From Planctomycetota bacterium (GTDB lineage: Bacteria > Planctomycetota > UBA1135 > UBA2386), in NCBI GenBank assembly GCA_965228735.1, contig OZ245838.1, positions 64,001-128,000 on the forward strand: 64,000 bases of DNA, written 5' to 3'. The position numbers were made by a program, and so were the translations under genes. The notes beneath the pieces were generated by a model. That model did no database searches. It saw only the letters and a program-made list of their open reading frames with translations, and was not told the origin of the DNA. Shown here one piece after another: positions 15,900-26,170 of this stretch. Position 1 is the first letter of the stretch, and every line of letters starts with the position of its first letter.

Positions 15900-16529
15900 A
15901 TGACGCGACGACTCTGGCTCGTGCGCCACGGGGAAACCACGGGCGAGTCGTCGATCCGCTTTCACGGCAGCAACGACGTGCCGCTCGCGGACGCGGGCCG
16001 CGCGCAGATTCGCGCGCTCGCGCCGCTGCTGCACGCCGTCGACTTCGGGCGCGTGCTGCACAGTCCGCAGGTGCGCGCCGTCGAGTCCGCGACGATCCTC
16101 GCGGCGGCGTGTGCGATCGCCGCCGAGCGCATGCAGGCCGACGAACGCCTGCGGGAGATCTCGTTCGGTGACTGCGAGGGGCTGACGGCCGAGGAGATCG
16201 CGGTGCAGTTCCCCGACTTCTGGGCCGCGCGCGAACGTGGCGACGCCGCCGTGTTTCCCGGCGGCGAGCCGTTCGCCGACTACGCAGAGCGCGTCGGCGC
16301 CGTCGCGCGCGAGCTCGCCGCCGACGACTGGCAGGGCGACCTGCTCGTGGTCGGGCACCGCGGCACGGTGCGGCAGTTCTTGCGGACGCTGTTGCGGTTC
16401 CCGGCCGACGCGGACGATCCGTTCGCGGTCGATCTCGCGAGCCTGACGGTCGTGCGGCAGGACGGTCAGGCCGCCGGCGGGGACGCGCTGGTCGGGTTCG
16501 AACTCGAACTGTTCGGGGCCCTGCCGTAG
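15900..16529 (+). CDS. Histidine phosphatase family protein
   Basis: LVRHGET, LREISFGDCEG, VVGHRG. Confidence 0.9.
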   Translation: MTRRLWLVRHGETTGESSIRFHGSNDVPLADAGRAQIRALAPLLHAVDFGRVLHSPQVRAVESATILAAACAIAAERMQADERLREISFGDCEGLTAEEIAVQFPDFWAARERGDAAVFPGGEPFADYAERVGAVARELAADDWQGDLLVVGHRGTVRQFLRTLLRFPADADDPFAVDLASLTVVRQDGQAAGGDALVGFELELFGALP

Positions 16530-16542
16530 CGTTCTCGCCCCG

Positions 16543-18129
16543 ATGAGCGCCCCCAGACTGCGTTTTGCCCCCTCTCCGACCGGCCCGCTCCATCTCGGTG
16601 GGGCGCGCACGGCGATGTACAACTGGGCGCTCGCGCGGGCGCTCGGCGGCACGTTCATCCTGCGCATCGAGGACACGGACCAGCAGCGGTCGACCGACGA
16701 ATCGCTGCAGATCATCCTCGAGGGGCTGTCGTGGCTCGGCGTCGACTGGGACGAAGGGCCGGAGCTCGAAGTTGGGGGCGACGGCCAGCGCGCGGCGCGC
16801 GGTGCGCACGGGCCGTATTTCCAGATGCAGCGGCTCGAGCTCTACCAGCAGGCGCTCGACAAGCTGCTCGCGAGCGGCCACGCCTACCGGTGCTTCTGCA
16901 CGCCCGAGCGGCTCGAGGAAGTGCGGAGCAAGCAGAAGGCCGAGAAGAGCTCGTTCATCGGCTACGACGGCCATTGCCGTGACCTCGCGCCGGCGGAGGC
17001 CGAGGCGCGCGCGGCGGCGGGCGAGAAGGCCAACGTGCGGTTCAAGATGCCGAAGGAGCGGGTGGTCAAAGTGACCGACCTGATCCGCGGCGAGGTCGAG
17101 GTCAACAGCAAGCAACTCGACGACTGGGTGATGGCGCGGTCTGGCGGCGTGCCGCTCTACAACTTCGCGTGTGTCGTCGACGACATCGGCATGGCGATCA
17201 CGCACGTCGTGCGCGGCGAGGAGCACTTCCTCAACGGCGTCAAGCAGCAGCTGCTGTTCGAGGCGCTCGGCGAAGAGGCGCCGGCGTATGCGCACATTCC
17301 GCTGATCCTGAATGCCAAGGGTGGCAAGCTCAGCAAGCGCGACCCGGGCGTGAAGAGCGTGCTCGAGTATCGCGACCTCGGCTACCCGCCCGAGGCGGTG
17401 TTCAACTACATCGCGCTGCTCGGGTGGGGGTTCTCGGCGGATCGCGACGTGTTCACGCGCGACGAGATGGTGGGCGCGTTCAAGATCGAGAACGTCGGCA
17501 AGGCCGGGGCCAAGTTCGATCTCGAGAAGCTGCACTGGATGTGCGGTGAATACGTGCGGCAGTGGACGGTCGAGCAGTGCGTCGAGCGCGCGCGCGCGTG
17601 GCTCGAGCCGACGCTGCCGGCGGGCGTGTTCTCGGATCACGCGCCGTGGGTGCGCAACATCGTCGCGTGCTATCAGGAGCGCGTGCAGCTGCTGTCGGAG
17701 TTCGCCGAGAAGGTCGGCTGGCTCGTCGCGACCGACGAGCTGCTCGAGCGCGACAAGGGCGCGCAGAAGAAGTGGGACAAGCACGCGGGGGACGCCAAGG
17801 GCTGGTTGCTCGGTTTCGCCGACCTGCTCGAGGCGCAGAACGGACCGCCGAGCTGGCCCGCGGACCGCAGCGCGGCGGATCAGGCCGTTCTGCTACCGAG
17901 TCAGAAGGACGCGCCGGAGCCGGAGAGTCCGTTCGACACGCCGGCGGCGATCGAGGCGCAGACCCGCGCGTTCTGCGAAGAGCGTGACATCAAATTCGGC
18001 CACTTCGTGCACCCGGTCCGCGCGGCGCTGACGGGGACGGATCGCGGGCCGGGGCTGTTCGACGTCGTGTTCCTGCTCGGGAAGGACACGTGCTGTCGAC
18101 GACTGCGGGCGGCGGCGGCCACGATCTGA
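16543..18129 (+). CDS. gltX: Glutamate--tRNA ligase
   Basis: RFAPSPTGPLHLGG, LRIEDTD, THVVRGEEH, KLSKR. Confidence 0.97.
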   Translation: MSAPRLRFAPSPTGPLHLGGARTAMYNWALARALGGTFILRIEDTDQQRSTDESLQIILEGLSWLGVDWDEGPELEVGGDGQRAARGAHGPYFQMQRLELYQQALDKLLASGHAYRCFCTPERLEEVRSKQKAEKSSFIGYDGHCRDLAPAEAEARAAAGEKANVRFKMPKERVVKVTDLIRGEVEVNSKQLDDWVMARSGGVPLYNFACVVDDIGMAITHVVRGEEHFLNGVKQQLLFEALGEEAPAYAHIPLILNAKGGKLSKRDPGVKSVLEYRDLGYPPEAVFNYIALLGWGFSADRDVFTRDEMVGAFKIENVGKAGAKFDLEKLHWMCGEYVRQWTVEQCVERARAWLEPTLPAGVFSDHAPWVRNIVACYQERVQLLSEFAEKVGWLVATDELLERDKGAQKKWDKHAGDAKGWLLGFADLLEAQNGPPSWPADRSAADQAVLLPSQKDAPEPESPFDTPAAIEAQTRAFCEERDIKFGHFVHPVRAALTGTDRGPGLFDVVFLLGKDTCCRRLRAAAATI

Positions 18130-18141
18130 TCGAGGGCGGCC

Positions 18142-18246
18142 GTACCGAACCCGCTTCGAATCCGCCACCTGTCCGTCGGCGTAAGCCGTTGCTGTGGTTG
18201 TGGTCCGGCCGGTGGTGGGGTGGCGGATTCGAAGCGGGTTCGGTAC
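18142..18246. repeat. 28-bp perfect inverted repeat (REP/MITE-like) between convergent genes
   Basis: GTACCGAACCCGCTTCGAATCCGCCACC (18142-18169) and its reverse complement (18219-18246). Confidence 0.9.
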
Positions 18247-18251
18247 CGCCA

Positions 18252-19109
18252 TCACTTGCGTTTGCGGAGGTCGCTGAGCTCGGGCGCGAGTGGTCCGATC
18301 TCGAGTTCTGCGACCGCGCGTGGCAGATGCGGGTCACCGATGAGGCCGATGACGGCCGCTGCGCGCAGGGCCTGCTTCCTGTCGGGTGACGCGTCGTCCG
18401 AGCGGATCCAGCTGTGGTCCCAGCGCGTCGCGGGTTCGACGCACCAGAACGTCAACGACACGAAGAGTGCGGTGCACGCCGCGCGCCACCGCCGGAGCGA
18501 CGTTCCGGACTCGCGACCGGTCTGGAGCCACAGGAACGTGATCAGAAAGCCCGCGATCAGCCCGCCCACGTGGCCCGTGTTGCTGACGATCGGGATGAAC
18601 ATGCCGATCACGATGTTCATCGCGATCAGGCCGAGCATGCGGCGGGGGCCTTCGAACTCGAGGAACGAGAACAGATGCCGCCCCGATCGCATGTTGATCG
18701 CGACGATCGCGCCCATCATGCCGAACAGCGCGCCCGAGCCGCCCAGGACCGGCTGCTGAGGGGCGTAGACGAGGCAGCACGCGATGTGGCCGCCGACCGC
18801 TGCGACGAGGTAGAGCAGAGCGTATCGGACGCTGCCGAGCGCCATTTCCAACGACGGCCCGAGCGCGAGCAGTCCGAGCATGTTCAGCCCGATGTGGATC
18901 AGGTTGAAGTGCAGGAACGCCGCGCTGACGAGGCGCCACGGTTCGCCGTCGACGACCCAGAGCGGCATCATCATGCCGTAAGTGGCCAGCGCTTCGCCGT
19001 AGTCTTCCGCGGCGACTCCGAGGTTGGTCAACACGAACAACGTCCCGTACGCGACCGCGATCACCAACGTCACCGGGATCCGATCCGCCTGCTTGAAGAA
19101 CTCGTTCAT
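18252..19109 (-). CDS. Rhomboid family intramembrane serine protease
   Basis: EPWRLVSAAFLH, HIGLNM, GGSGALFG, GHVGGL. Confidence 0.93.
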   Translation of the reverse strand: MNEFFKQADRIPVTLVIAVAYGTLFVLTNLGVAAEDYGEALATYGMMMPLWVVDGEPWRLVSAAFLHFNLIHIGLNMLGLLALGPSLEMALGSVRYALLYLVAAVGGHIACCLVYAPQQPVLGGSGALFGMMGAIVAINMRSGRHLFSFLEFEGPRRMLGLIAMNIVIGMFIPIVSNTGHVGGLIAGFLITFLWLQTGRESGTSLRRWRAACTALFVSLTFWCVEPATRWDHSWIRSDDASPDRKQALRAAAVIGLIGDPHLPRAVAELEIGPLAPELSDLRKRK

Positions 19110-19963
19110 CGTCCACCCCCGCGCCACAGCCACACGCGCGCGAGCGCGCGAAACCAGTTCTCCTCGGGCGTCAGGCGGCCTTGCGGCGGTTCGGCCGCGT
19201 AGCGCATCGCCTCGCGCGCACCCTCGCGGTCGCCGGTTGCCGCCCGCGCCTGGCCGAGCCAGTAGTGGCTCTTCTTGCTGCCGCCGTGTTCCCGGCTGTG
19301 GTCCTCGAGAATGCGAATGGCGGCCGCGTCGTCGCCGGCCAGGATCGCGCACCGCCCGAGCAGGAGGCGCGCCTCGCCGAACGCGTGGCCCGGGTCGAGG
19401 TCGTCCGCGCGCTGGAACGCCTGGATCGCACCCGGCACCTGCCCGATGCGCAGCAGCAATCGGCCGAGCTGAAACCAGGCGCTCGCGACCTGATCGTCGA
19501 GCTCGACGGCGCGACCGAGGTGGGTCACTGCTAGCTGCAACTCCGAGCGCACGAGCGCGAGCCGCCCGACCTCGAGATGACGCGCGGCGGTCTCGACGTG
19601 CTGCAGTTCCGAGAGCGCGTTGAGCAGCGGGCCGCGGTCGCTCGCGAAGTTGAGCCGGAAGCGCTCGAACATCAGCCGGACCCACGCCGGGAACGGCGGG
19701 AACAGCAGCGCCGCGACGATCAGAACGGCGGCGAGGACGATCGCGGCCCACGCCAACGCGTCGAGCAGGTGGAGCTTGAGCCGCACCGCGAGCACGGGGT
19801 CGCTCCGCGCGAGCAGCCAGAGCACGACGGGCCAGATCGCGAGGCCCCAGACGAGCACGAGGGGCAGCAGGCGCAGCGCTCGCCGATGCGTCGGGATCAC
19901 GGGTGGCGCGGTGCCGCCGGCATCCGGCGCGGGCGCGCCCTCCGCGCCGCCGCTACGCATCAC
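19106..19963 (-). CDS. Membrane-anchored TPR protein
   Basis: Two N-terminal TM segments followed by TPR-like repeats. Confidence 0.8.
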   Translation of the reverse strand: MMRSGGAEGAPAPDAGGTAPPVIPTHRRALRLLPLVLVWGLAIWPVVLWLLARSDPVLAVRLKLHLLDALAWAAIVLAAVLIVAALLFPPFPAWVRLMFERFRLNFASDRGPLLNALSELQHVETAARHLEVGRLALVRSELQLAVTHLGRAVELDDQVASAWFQLGRLLLRIGQVPGAIQAFQRADDLDPGHAFGEARLLLGRCAILAGDDAAAIRILEDHSREHGGSKKSHYWLGQARAATGDREGAREAMRYAAEPPQGRLTPEENWFRALARVWLWRGGGR

Positions 19964-20486
19964 CGTTGCCGCCGGTGAGCTTGACGAACGTGCCGCGCGC
20001 CTTGTCCTTCGTCACGCCGGGGAACTCGAGTACCCGGTTGTGGAGCACGCTGTAGACGCCGGGCTGCACGAGCTGGACCGCGAGCAGGGCCTCGGTCAGG
20101 TTCTGCAGGGCATCCGTGTTGCGCATGATGTAGGGCCGCATCGCGCCGGTCAGCACGATCGGGACCCGCGGCGTGCCGAGGAGTTCATGGATGCGCTCGC
20201 CGGTGACGGGCAGCCGGTCCGTCCCGTGCACGATCACGACCCCGTCGTGGGCCTCGGCCATCGAGCCGGCCGTGCGCGCGATCAGATCGTGGTCGCCCGG
20301 CGTCATCTCGAGGCTGTCCTTGTTCATCAGCGGGATGCGCACGATGTGCACGCCGTGGAGCTGCATGCCGGCGAGCACGACGTCGAGCACGTTCGTGCTG
20401 TTGTCCAGCACGCCGTGCATCTCGTCGTAGGTCTTCTCGATCGTGCCGCCGGTCGAGATCAGAGCGATGCGGGCAGGGGGGCTCAC
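19953..20486 (-). CDS. Short asparaginase-family protein (N-terminal domain only)
   Basis: STGGTI, KDS, HGTD, LTGAMRP. Confidence 0.9.
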   Translation of the reverse strand: MSPPARIALISTGGTIEKTYDEMHGVLDNSTNVLDVVLAGMQLHGVHIVRIPLMNKDSLEMTPGDHDLIARTAGSMAEAHDGVVIVHGTDRLPVTGERIHELLGTPRVPIVLTGAMRPYIMRNTDALQNLTEALLAVQLVQPGVYSVLHNRVLEFPGVTKDKARGTFVKLTGGNGDA

Positions 20487-20529
20487 GAGCGCCCTTCTAG
20501 CCGGGCGGGCGACCTGCTACAAACGCGGC

Positions 20530-21483
20530 GTGCAGTATCGCAATCTCGGCGCCTCCGGGCTGAAAGTCAGCGTCGTCGGCCTCGGTTCGTGGCTGACGAT
20601 GGGCACGATCGTGGACGGAGCGGCCACGAAGCAGATCGTCGGTTGCGCCCGGGATCACGGGGTCAACCTGTTCGACACCGCGGACGTCTACAACCTCGGT
20701 GCGGCCGAAGAGGCGCTGGGAACGGTCCTCAAGAAGCTGCCGCGGCACGAATGCGTCGTGGCGACGAAGTGCTTCTTCCCGATGAGCGACGACGTCAACG
20801 ACCGCGGGCTGTCGCGCAAGCACATCCACGAGTCGATCCGGCGGTCGTTGCAGCGGCTCGGCACCGACTACGTCGACCTCTACCAGTGCCACCGCTACGA
20901 CGACGACGTGCCGCTGCGCGAGACCGCGCGGGCCATGGACGACCTCGTGCGGCGCGGCATGGTGCTCTACTGGGGCGTGAGCCAGTGGCCGGCGAACCGC
21001 ATCGCCGAGGTCGTCGAGCTCTGCCGTCGCGAGGGTTGGGCCGAGCCGATCAGCAACCAGCCGCTCTACAACCTCTTCGACCGCGGCATCGAACGCGAGG
21101 TGCTGCCGACGGCCGAACGCTACGGCCTCGGGCAACTCGTCTACTCGCCGCTCGCGCAGGGGGTCCTGACGGGCAAGTACAAGCCGCGGGAAGCACCGCC
21201 GGCCGGCACCCGCGCGACGGAGAAGGCCGGCAGCCAGTTCATCGAACGCTACCTCACCGAAGAACGCCGCGAGGCCGCGCAGAAGCTCGTTGAGCTGGCT
21301 GCCCAGCACGACCTGACCGCGACGCAGCTCGCGCTCGCGTTCTGCCTGCGCGATGACCGCATCTCGACCGTGCTCGTCGGCGCGCGCAGCGCCGAGCAGC
21401 TCGAACACAACATCTCGGCGGCCCAGGTCATGCTCGAGCCGTCGCTCGTCGCCGAGCTCGAGCGCCTGTTCCCGATCGCGTAG
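20530..21483 (+). CDS. Aldo/keto reductase (Kv-beta-like)
   Basis: YRNLGASGLKVS, FDTADVY, TDYVDLYQCH, YSPLAQGVLTGKY. Confidence 0.93.
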   Translation: MQYRNLGASGLKVSVVGLGSWLTMGTIVDGAATKQIVGCARDHGVNLFDTADVYNLGAAEEALGTVLKKLPRHECVVATKCFFPMSDDVNDRGLSRKHIHESIRRSLQRLGTDYVDLYQCHRYDDDVPLRETARAMDDLVRRGMVLYWGVSQWPANRIAEVVELCRREGWAEPISNQPLYNLFDRGIEREVLPTAERYGLGQLVYSPLAQGVLTGKYKPREAPPAGTRATEKAGSQFIERYLTEERREAAQKLVELAAQHDLTATQLALAFCLRDDRISTVLVGARSAEQLEHNISAAQVMLEPSLVAELERLFPIA

Positions 21484-21493
21484 GTCGCTGATC

Positions 21494-22291
21494 GTGACCG
21501 CCCCCGTTCTCGTTCGCCTGCCGGACCGCGCCGCGCTGGCGCAGATGTTCCGGCTGCGCTACGGCGAGCCCGATCGCCTCGGCTGGGGCCCGCGGCTGCG
21601 GCTCGACTACGACTACCACACGCCCGACGACTGGTACGAGGCGTTCATCGCCGGCCTCATCGCGCCCGGCGCGAACTGGCTCGACGTCGGCTGCGGGCGT
21701 GAGCTGTTTCCGAGCAACCAACGGCTCGCCGAGTCGCTGTCGCGGCGCTGCGGTCGCCTCGTCGGTCTCGACCCGGATCCGACGTTGCAGGAGAACCGGT
21801 GGGTGCACGAGAAGGTCGCGGGCGGCATCGACACGTTCGACGGCGGCGCGGCGTTCGACGTCGTGACGCTGCGCATGGTCGCGGAGCACATCGCCGATCC
21901 GGCCGCGTGCGTGCGGCGCATCGCCGACGCGCTGCGGCCCGGTGGCGTCGCCGTGATCTACACCGTCTGGAGCTTCTCGCCGATGCCGATCCTGACGCGG
22001 CTCGCGCCGATGGGGCTGCGCCACCGCGTCAAGTCGTGGCTGTGGGGCACGCAGCCGAAGGACACGTTCCCGACGTGCTTCCGGATGAACACGCGTTCGA
22101 CGCTGCGGAGCCAGTTCACTGCTGTCGGCATGACCGAGGCGGAGTTCGTGCGCCTCGACGACTGCCGCACGTTCGCCCGCTTCCGCCCCCTCAACGAGAT
22201 CGAGCTCTGGGTGCGCACCGTGTGTCGCGCGCTGCGGTTGCCGTACCCCGAACACTGCGTGCTCGGGGTCTACCGCAAGCCGATCGCGTAG
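21494..22291 (+). CDS. Class I SAM-dependent methyltransferase
   Basis: WLDVGCG, FDVV..RMVAEH, LRPGG. Confidence 0.85.
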   Translation: MTAPVLVRLPDRAALAQMFRLRYGEPDRLGWGPRLRLDYDYHTPDDWYEAFIAGLIAPGANWLDVGCGRELFPSNQRLAESLSRRCGRLVGLDPDPTLQENRWVHEKVAGGIDTFDGGAAFDVVTLRMVAEHIADPAACVRRIADALRPGGVAVIYTVWSFSPMPILTRLAPMGLRHRVKSWLWGTQPKDTFPTCFRMNTRSTLRSQFTAVGMTEAEFVRLDDCRTFARFRPLNEIELWVRTVCRALRLPYPEHCVLGVYRKPIA

Positions 22292-22310
22292 CGGACCGAG
22301 TTCACCCGGC

Positions 22311-24722
22311 TCAATGGCGCAGCTGCGTGCGCTCGAGGTTGGTCAGGTGATCGTCACCCGGGAACACCCAGCCCTGCGCGTGGATCGGCAGGCCGTCGAA
22401 GATCCGCGTTGCCGGGAACGTGAGCTGCGCGGTCGCACGGCCGGCCGGCAGCGGCGCGATCAACGGCACGACGGTGAGCAGCGGGTCGAGCCACAGCAGA
22501 CCCTGCGGCAACACGGTCGGCGTCGGCATCGATCCGATCGACACCCCGACGAACCCGAAGTCGGGGAGCGGGTAGCTCGGGCGCGCGTAGAGGTCGAGCT
22601 CGAAGACCTGGCCGGCTTCCGGCGCACGCGGCGCGTGCAGGTGGCGGTGCAGGTTGACCATCAACGTCGCCGACTCGAGGCCCATGAGGAACAGGTCGGG
22701 GTCGTCGTCGCCGTCGGCGTCCGCGACCTGGATGCCGAACGCGGCGGTCGTCAGCGGGTCCGTGCCGGCGTCGACGAACACGCCGTTGCCCTGGTTGCGC
22801 AGCACCTGCAGGCCCGCGATCCGCCCGGCCGGCGTCGTCTGCACGGCCACGATGTCCGCGTCGCCGTCGAGATCGACGTCGAGGGAGCGCTGCGGCAGCT
22901 GTGCCGTTGCCGGCAGCCAGGTCGCGCCGCGGTCGACGAAGCCTGGCGCCAGGTTCTCGAACACGGTGCCGAGCCACACGAGGTCGAGGTCGCCGTCGCC
23001 GTCGAGATCGCTCGCGTCGGGCGCGCCCGCGAACAACCCGCCGGGGAAGCCCAGCGGCCACCACGAGGCCGTCACGTCGGTGAAGGTCCCGCTGCCGTTG
23101 TTCCGCAGCGCCCAGGAGTCGGACAGCAGATCGAGGTCGCCGTCGCCGTCGGCGTCGGCCGCGATGGCGCTGAAGAACGGCTGCGGCAGGGCCTGACCCG
23201 CATCGAAGCCGGCGCCGTTCCAGAGCCAGAGGCGATTGCTGCCGAGGATCGCGCGGCTCACGACGTCGAGGTCGCCGTCGTTGTCGAGGTCGGCGAGCAC
23301 GCGTCCGTTGGCTTGGCCGAGCCCGACGAACTGTTGCACGGCGAGTGAGAACACCCCCGTGCCGTCATTGAGCCAGACGTGGAACTCCCAGCTGACCGAG
23401 CGGAGCAGATCGATGTCGCCGTCACCGTCGATGTCGCCGAACAGGCCCTCGGGGAGCGATTGGGCGAGCGGCGTCGGGAACTCGCCGTGGCCGTCGCCGA
23501 GCCAGGTGCCGGTCTCGGTCCAGAGGTCGACGTTGCCGTCGCCGTTGAGGTCGACGAGCTTGCCGGCAGTGACGGGCTCGTGATGGTCGTCGAAGAAATT
23601 GCCGTTGCCGTCGTTCTGCAGCAGTCGCAGCGAACCATCGACCGGGAGTTGCCCCGCGTCGTCGCGCCCGACGAGATCGAGGTCGCCGTCGCCGTCGAGG
23701 TCGATCAGTTGCTCGACGGCGGTGAGCCGCGCGAACGTCGCGCCGGCCACGCGGCTGAAGTTGGCCAGCCCGTCGTTGTGAAATATGACGACCGCGTCGT
23801 TCTCCTGACCGACGAGGTCGAGATCGCCATCGCCGTCGATGTCGCCGACTTTCGGGCCGCGGCCTTCCGACAGGCTGAGCTGTTGGTGCAGGGCGAACGC
23901 GCCGCCGCCCGTGCCGCGATAGACGTTGGCCATCCCGAGTGCGTTGTACGGTCCCATCTCGAGCACGAGGTCCTGCGTGCCGTCGCCGTCGAGGTCGGCG
24001 ACGGTGGCGCCGGAGTGCGACGACACCCCGGTCAACGCGATGCTCTGCAGCGAGAACGAACGCAGACCGTCGTTCCGCAGCGCGTCGCAGCCGGTCGTGC
24101 CGCCGGGAATCACGATGTCGAGGTCGCCGTCGCTGTCGTAGTCGCCGAGCGCGTGGCCGCGCCAGACGTTGATCACGTAGCGGTCCCGGGCCGCCGGTCC
24201 GGCGGGGCCACCCCAGTAGATGTTGACCGCGTCCGCGCACAGTGCGATGACGTCGTCGAACGAGTCGCCGTCGAGGTCGGCGAACTCGAGGCCCCAGCAG
24301 TCGCCGTCGACGGAATGGACCGTCTGCGGCACCGCCGGCGTGAGGCTCGTGCGGAACATCTGGCCGGGAAACGCTTCAAAGATCTCGGGGGTGCCGTCGC
24401 CGTCGGTGTCGCCGATGCCGACCATGCGCCACTGCTGGAACGGCGTCAGCGGCAGCGGCACGGGGATGTTGGCGAATGCGCCGGTGCTGTCGTTGATCAG
24501 CAGGCGCAGTTCGTCCGCGAGCCCGATGCCCGCGAGGTCGGGGGTGCCGTTGCCGTCGAGGTCCGCGACCGCGACATGGCCGACGAACTGCGCCGGCACG
24601 TGGCGGCGGGCGGCTTCGAGGAACTGTTGGGCAGGCAACTGGCTCGTCAACTGGGTCAGAAGCGCGGATGCCGTGAGCAGCGCAGCGCTGACAGACGTGT
24701 GGTCGAGTCGGGGGGGTGTCAT
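22311..24722 (-). CDS. Secreted FG-GAP/VCBS repeat protein
   Basis: More than ten DxDGDGDxD motifs; signal-like N-terminus. Confidence 0.92.
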   Translation of the reverse strand: MTPPRLDHTSVSAALLTASALLTQLTSQLPAQQFLEAARRHVPAQFVGHVAVADLDGNGTPDLAGIGLADELRLLINDSTGAFANIPVPLPLTPFQQWRMVGIGDTDGDGTPEIFEAFPGQMFRTSLTPAVPQTVHSVDGDCWGLEFADLDGDSFDDVIALCADAVNIYWGGPAGPAARDRYVINVWRGHALGDYDSDGDLDIVIPGGTTGCDALRNDGLRSFSLQSIALTGVSSHSGATVADLDGDGTQDLVLEMGPYNALGMANVYRGTGGGAFALHQQLSLSEGRGPKVGDIDGDGDLDLVGQENDAVVIFHNDGLANFSRVAGATFARLTAVEQLIDLDGDGDLDLVGRDDAGQLPVDGSLRLLQNDGNGNFFDDHHEPVTAGKLVDLNGDGNVDLWTETGTWLGDGHGEFPTPLAQSLPEGLFGDIDGDGDIDLLRSVSWEFHVWLNDGTGVFSLAVQQFVGLGQANGRVLADLDNDGDLDVVSRAILGSNRLWLWNGAGFDAGQALPQPFFSAIAADADGDGDLDLLSDSWALRNNGSGTFTDVTASWWPLGFPGGLFAGAPDASDLDGDGDLDLVWLGTVFENLAPGFVDRGATWLPATAQLPQRSLDVDLDGDADIVAVQTTPAGRIAGLQVLRNQGNGVFVDAGTDPLTTAAFGIQVADADGDDDPDLFLMGLESATLMVNLHRHLHAPRAPEAGQVFELDLYARPSYPLPDFGFVGVSIGSMPTPTVLPQGLLWLDPLLTVVPLIAPLPAGRATAQLTFPATRIFDGLPIHAQGWVFPGDDHLTNLERTQLRH

Positions 24723-24972
24723 CAGGAGACCTCGTGGCGCGTATGCCGGGGAACGTCAGCTGCGGGTGATCGTATGGCAGATGCCCTTTGGGGGGAGCGG
24801 CGCGGCTGCCCGGGCGGGGTCGCGGCGCATCGGGTCCCGCCGCCTCGGGTCCCGCGGCATACCTGGCCTTCCTCCGGTCGGCCCTGGCCGCTACAGCCAT
24901 TCCGTGAAATCCGGTGCGTCGCCGCGCGCCCGAGCCGGCGGCGGCTACGCTCGCCCGTGCCAACCGAACCTC

Positions 24973-26151
24973 ATGCCAGTCCGCAAGATTCGCAGTCTGC
25001 AGCCGCCGCGGGACGACCTGCGCGCGCTCTATCCCGAGATCGAACCGTTCGACCACGGCCACCTCGCGGTCGGCTCCGGTCACGAGGTCTACTACGAGCA
25101 ATGCGGCAATCCCGACGGCAAGCCCGTCGTGTTCGTGCACGGTGGGCCCGGCGGCGGCGCGGGGGAGGACTACCGGCGGTTCTTCGATCCGGCGGCCTAT
25201 CGCATCGTGCTGTTCGATCAGCGCGGGTGCAAACGCAGCCGGCCCTACGCCAGCCTCGTCGACAACACGACGTGGCATCTCGTCGACGACATCGAGCGCA
25301 TCCGCGAGCACCTCGGGATCGAGCGGTGGCAGGTGTTCGGCGGTTCGTGGGGGAGCACGCTGAGTCTGAGTTACGCGCAGCGCCATCCGGACCGCGTCAC
25401 GGAACTCGTGCTGCGCGGCATCTTCATGCTGCGGCGCAAGGAGCTGCTGTGGTTCTACCAGGAGGGCGGCAGCAACATCTTCCCCGACGCGTGGGAGGCG
25501 TTCCTCGAACCGATCCCCGCGGTCGAACGTGGTGACCTCATGAGCGCGTACTACCGCCGCCTCACGAGTGACGACGAGGCGACCCGGCTCGCGGCGGCGC
25601 GCGCGTGGTCCGTGTGGGAGGGGACGACGAGCCTGCTGTATCCGAACGAGAAGAAGATCGCCGAGACGGGCGCCGACGACTTCGCCGTCGCGTTCGCGCG
25701 CATCGAGTGCCACTACTTCGTGCACGGCGGGTTCTTCGAGACCGAGGACCAGCTGCTGCGCGGCGTCGACCGCATCCGGCACATCCCGACCGTGATCGTG
25801 CAGGGCCGCTACGACGTCGTGTGTCCGGCGCGATCGGCCTGGGACCTGTATCGCGAGTGGCCCGAGGCCGAGCTCGTGATCGTCGAGGACTCGGGACACT
25901 CCGCGTTCGAGCCGGGGATCCAGAGCGAGCTGTTGGCGGCGACGGATCGGTTTCCGGGGGTAGCCCGGCCTGCGCGGGGCGAGTCGTCGACACCGGATCG
26001 GCGACGAGAAGATGCTCGGTCGCGCCTGATAAACCCGGCCGGTCTCGGCGCATGGGAAGGAGCGTGCGACGGAATCGTCCCCTGTCGTTACGCCCCGGTA
26101 GCGCCCCGCGCCATCCACCCCTCGATGACCGCGATGTGGCAACCGGCATGA
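24973..26151 (+). CDS. pip: Prolyl aminopeptidase (proline iminopeptidase)
   Basis: HGGPGGG, FDQRGC, GGSWGS, GRYDVVCP, GHS; atypical extension after ATDRF. Confidence 0.95.
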   Translation: MPVRKIRSLQPPRDDLRALYPEIEPFDHGHLAVGSGHEVYYEQCGNPDGKPVVFVHGGPGGGAGEDYRRFFDPAAYRIVLFDQRGCKRSRPYASLVDNTTWHLVDDIERIREHLGIERWQVFGGSWGSTLSLSYAQRHPDRVTELVLRGIFMLRRKELLWFYQEGGSNIFPDAWEAFLEPIPAVERGDLMSAYYRRLTSDDEATRLAAARAWSVWEGTTSLLYPNEKKIAETGADDFAVAFARIECHYFVHGGFFETEDQLLRGVDRIRHIPTVIVQGRYDVVCPARSAWDLYREWPEAELVIVEDSGHSAFEPGIQSELLAATDRFPGVARPARGESSTPDRRREDARSRLINPAGLGAWEGACDGIVPCRYAPVAPRAIHPSMTAMWQPA

Positions 26152-26170
26152 CTCTTGCAGGAAACCGCTC

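Noticed and set aside
22311..24722. Nucleotide repeats GTCGCCGTCG as a DNA-level repeat system
   Set aside because: Explained by the encoded DxDGDGD FG-GAP motifs.
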